Shown here: piece by piece, positions 18,576 through 21,914 of the stretch
Layout of the letters: each line of letters begins with the position of its first letter
Numbering within the stretch: the first letter of the stretch is position 1
DNA from: Notodromas monacha
Lineage: Eukaryota
Assembly (NCBI GenBank): GCA_905338405.1
Contig: CAJPEX010000666.1
Location: forward strand, 65,741-87,654
Length of the DNA stretch: 21,914 nt
Reading direction: 5' to 3'
Program-made: the position numbers and the translations under genes
Notes under the pieces: model-generated
What the model was told of the DNA's origin: nothing
Database searches by the model: none
The model's input: the letters and a program-made list of their open reading frames with translations, nothing else

Positions 18576-20514
18576 AAGAAAATCAATAAAAAGTTTAATG
18601 CTGTGTTTTGATTTGTTGGGGAGTGAGTCGGGCACCTGTGAATATTAATTATAATAATCCCCCCCTGCACTGCTGCAACCCAAAAACTGGTCCTTCGCAT
18701 CAGCCACCAGCACCAAAAAAACAAGTCCCAAAGGAATTGTAGGATGATGCACAGCATTGTCTTCAATTCCAACAAAATCAGCCAATCAGAGGCCAATATT
18801 TTGCCCACAAGGAAAACCACTTTTCCTTCTCTTTCTTCTGTCTCCAAAAACATGTAACAATGAATTCCATTTCACTGCCAATTCTTGAAGTGTGAAGAGC
18901 TCATCTTAAGACATTTGATTTTATTATTGTGTTGCTTGAAATGTGCGTGCAAGGTTCAAAATTCTTTGAGTTGCATTATTCTTTTGGACATTATTAAATA
19001 CTCAATTCTTTTGGGGCCTCTATAAAGAGGCTCCCAGCCAGTCCCAGGCTGATTGCTGTGTTTCATTTGAAATTCTCATATTTTCTTTGTTAGGACTTCT
19101 TATAGTCACTAACATGATTGAAATAAATTGAACCACTAATTGGGTTTGGGTATATAAATGAGTCCTTGTCTGCAATAAGTTCTGCATTTCGACAATTAAT
19201 AACGAAAAAATAAGTATACCATACTTATTCAGGTAATATGTAAAGTTCAAAATCATGAGTCTGATTTATGTTCAGATATTCAAGTGCATATGCAGAAACC
19301 CCAGAAGATAATCCTCTGCTGGTGATACAAAATTGGTTTGCTGACGTCTTAACCTTTCAGAGCACTGAAATCCCCACAGGAATCATGCGGAAAACTTCTT
19401 GAATTCATTTTTTTTTACGCTGAAAAGCAAAACTTTTAATCCCAACATCGCAAAGAGGCTGGTGTGAATCAATTTCCCGCTCTGCTGAAACACACGTGAC
19501 ACTATAAGAAAGAAACCTGCCTGTGATGGATATACGAGAATCCTACACCATATACAGACTGGATACATACACGCGTGGGGAAAAGAAAGTTCTTCATAAA
19601 ACTTACCGTAACTATTAACTTCTTCTGATTGCTTTGCTTATGCGATCCAGGGCCAGGGTCAACGTTGGGCCACGTACGTTTATATATATGACCCAGGTTC
19701 GCATTCTCTTGCAAATAGACGGGATCTGCTACTAGGCAGAACTTGGAGAGGTTCTTTTTTTATCCTCTGGATTCCGAGAAACACAAGAAGTAGCTCATCG
19801 CTGTTAATGAATACAGTATTATCATGATAAATCATTTTTGAAAATAAAAATTCAAGCAGAATTGGCTGCTTTATTCTTTTGATCACTTACATTTGAACGC
19901 ACGATACCCCGAACATATTCGGAAACGATTGAAAAACTATAACTTTTCCGAATAATTCGAAAGGCATTTTCTCTCGTGAATAATGAATAAAAACCAAGTG
20001 TATCTTTTGGTTCTTTTTTCCTGTGTCTTCTTTCTTTCTTCGAAATTAATATCATGATGTCTAAAGCATTTATTGAAATAAAAGTTGAGAAGCCGTGCTG
20101 TTAAAATATTCCAATGCGGGCTGATAAAATATGTACAGTAATTAATTTTCTGGCCTCGGGTAAATTGAGGAAAACAAGAACTTGTTTTCCAAATTTAGCT
20201 TTTCTTTCTCTTGTAGGAAGGAAAAAATAATTTCAAGAACTTTCTACAAAGCTGTTCAGGAACGTCCTGATATTTATAGCATCTTTTTTCCTAGAGAAAA
20301 TAAAAATTTTAAAATCACAGTACGCTTCCCAACTTTTGGCTCTTTCGCAGGGAAATTGTATAGAAAGATCTTTTGGTTGCTTTCTTTGTCCTCGTAAATG
20401 AAAATACGCGAGGAAAAATCTGAAATCGCAATTCAAAAATCGTGAGTAGTACAGTATTAAAAAATAATTGTTCTTCAAAAATCTTTGACTGCATCATTTT
20501 TATGAAGGATCTGT

Positions 20515-20600
20515 GGGAAATCAAGACAGAAAATTTGAGGCAGGGATAATTTGAGAGATAAACTTTTAGAGACAGGGGCAATTTGAGACATTTTCAGACA
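20515..20600 (-). repeat. Left arm of the second foldback-like structure, FB2: reverse-orientation units of the 16-bp satellite (gacagaaaatttgaggcagggataatttgagagataaacttttagagacaggggcaatttgagacattttcagacagagg).
   Basis: The unit composition is the same as 9727-9855, and it is complementary to 20965-21145. Confidence 0.55.
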
Positions 20601-20964
20601 GAGGCATTAGAAAAAAGTTTCCTGCGTTTCTCCCAACTATCTTATGTTGAGGGTTTGAAAAGGAACAAAAAGGGCATTGTTTGGACAAAATGTATGTTAA
20701 TTTTACTTCCCATGAGACAAATAATTCAGACAACAATTGGAAAAATAATTGAAATAATACAGCAACTAAGATTCTTATTCAATTTCGCCCTTGACTGACA
20801 ACAGAAAAGGGAAAAGGGCTTTTAAAAAAACCCTATTCAAGTGCAAGAAATCAAGTGTAAAATAAATAAATAAATGTTGTGTGCAGAGGTTAGGGGGGGG
20901 GGGGGGGAGGGGCTTGGGAAACCAGAAAATTAAGTGTAAAAGAAAAAAACCATGTGTTTTCAGA

Positions 20965-21145
20965 GTTTCTTTGGGACCATCTCAAATTGTCCCTATCTCA
21001 TATTGTCCCAGTCTCAAAATTTCCATCTCTCCAATTATCCCGTATCTAAATCACAATGTCTTAAAAGTTGGCCGTGTCTCAAATTGTATGCATCAATTTG
21101 TATAGTCTCGAATTATTGTCCGTCTCGATTTGTCCGTATCTGGTT
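20965..21145 (+). repeat. Right arm of FB2: forward-orientation units of the 16-bp satellite (tctcaaattgtccctatctcatattgtcccagtctcaaaatttccatctctcc...ttgtccgtctcgatttgtccgtatctgg).
   Basis: It is homologous to 10056-10440. A poly-G tract (20892-20912) lies just upstream in the inter-arm spacer. Confidence 0.6.
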
Positions 21146-21914
21146 TATAGAACATCAAAACATATGTTGCATGACCTAATTCTGGAAGGAAACATTCTGA
21201 ACTTTTCGAAAAGCCATTGAGTCATTGAACTGACGGTTTGAAAGGATGAAAAGTAAATAGATGCATTGCGTAACACTTTTATTTGTATATCTGTCTGCCT
21301 GTATAAAGCGGTACATTTTAATACTGTAACTCAGTAGATGAAAATGCCGGAGTAGCTCGTGAAAGCAATTTTATATTTGCCTGCTAAAGATATACCTTTG
21401 AACATACACTCAAAAATACATTTTACGTCTGAATTTCAATTCATTCTTGTCTCCTGCTGTGTGTGTATATATCGTATACATCTGGTAGGAAACTTCAACA
21501 TCTCAACTTCCGTAATTTCCGGCAGGAAAAAAAAACCTCACGCGTTGACCTGAAAGCGGCTTTGATGCAATTCTGAGGAAGAAAACCCTGTCGGGAAACT
21601 GACACATTCTGCACGTGAACACATCACAGTCAATTTCTTATGCATTTTTCACATTGAGGTGGGGTTTACTTTAGATACTATCCCGAAGAAAAATGAAACC
21701 TTTTCGAGATGAAAGTAAAGTTTTTCACTGAGAATGATAGGATACATTTTGCGTCTAATTATTATATTTTTGTTCAGTGACAGGATTGATTTGTGAGACT
21801 TTATTTATGCAAATGTCAAAGAGCAACCATGTAGTCTTCTTCCAGGGAATAATATGTGCATGCCATTTCCTTGAAAACGTTACTTAGAAAATTGGTCCCT
21901 CTATCCGTCAGAAT

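Noticed and set aside
913-21145. CRISPR-like interpretation of the regular short tandem repeats (15-bp, 29-bp and 16-bp arrays)
   Set aside because: The units abut directly with no unique spacers. The context is eukaryotic (GT-AG introns, MITEs), and the arrays are parts of transposable or foldback elements.
1-21914. Prokaryotic operon or defence-island reading of the window
   Set aside because: There are no long ORFs. Conserved protein motifs occur only as short blocks separated by kilobases and bounded by canonical splice signals. The background is AT-rich with poly-A/T tracts and dispersed MITEs, which is not consistent with a bacterial or phage genome.

Overview
This window is eukaryotic nuclear DNA, most likely from an invertebrate-type genome, not a prokaryotic locus. 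The background is AT-rich, and the exons are short, GC3-biased and CpG-containing, and bounded by GT-AG splice signals. The main gene is the 5' portion of an intron-rich M1-family zinc metallopeptidase gene (aminopeptidase N-like) on the + strand. I can reconstruct 8 coding exons between 4469 and 18061, plus a candidate GC-rich first exon at about 1661-2111, by conceptual splicing. The spliced product carries the diagnostic GAMEN exopeptidase motif (exon 6) and the HEXXH-X18-E zinc-binding motif (exon 7), so the gene continues past the 3' end of the window. Every intron is invaded by non-coding repeats. I distinguish three MITE-like terminal-inverted-repeat families, with TIRs beginning TACAGTTGAACC (family 1), TA-CAGTSAGACCCC..ATGCGGACA (family 2) and GTATTTACTCAAGTACCA (family 3). 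Nested insertions, solo ends and internal sub-repeat expansions are all present. There are also 15-bp, 29-bp and 16-bp tandem satellites, two foldback-like structures whose arms are built from a 16-bp satellite in opposite orientation, long poly-G and poly-C tracts, and a ~130-bp inverted-repeat pair in the introns on either side of the catalytic-motif exon. No CRISPR array, rRNA or tRNA was recognised. All calls come from reading the sequence and the six-frame track, with no database search.
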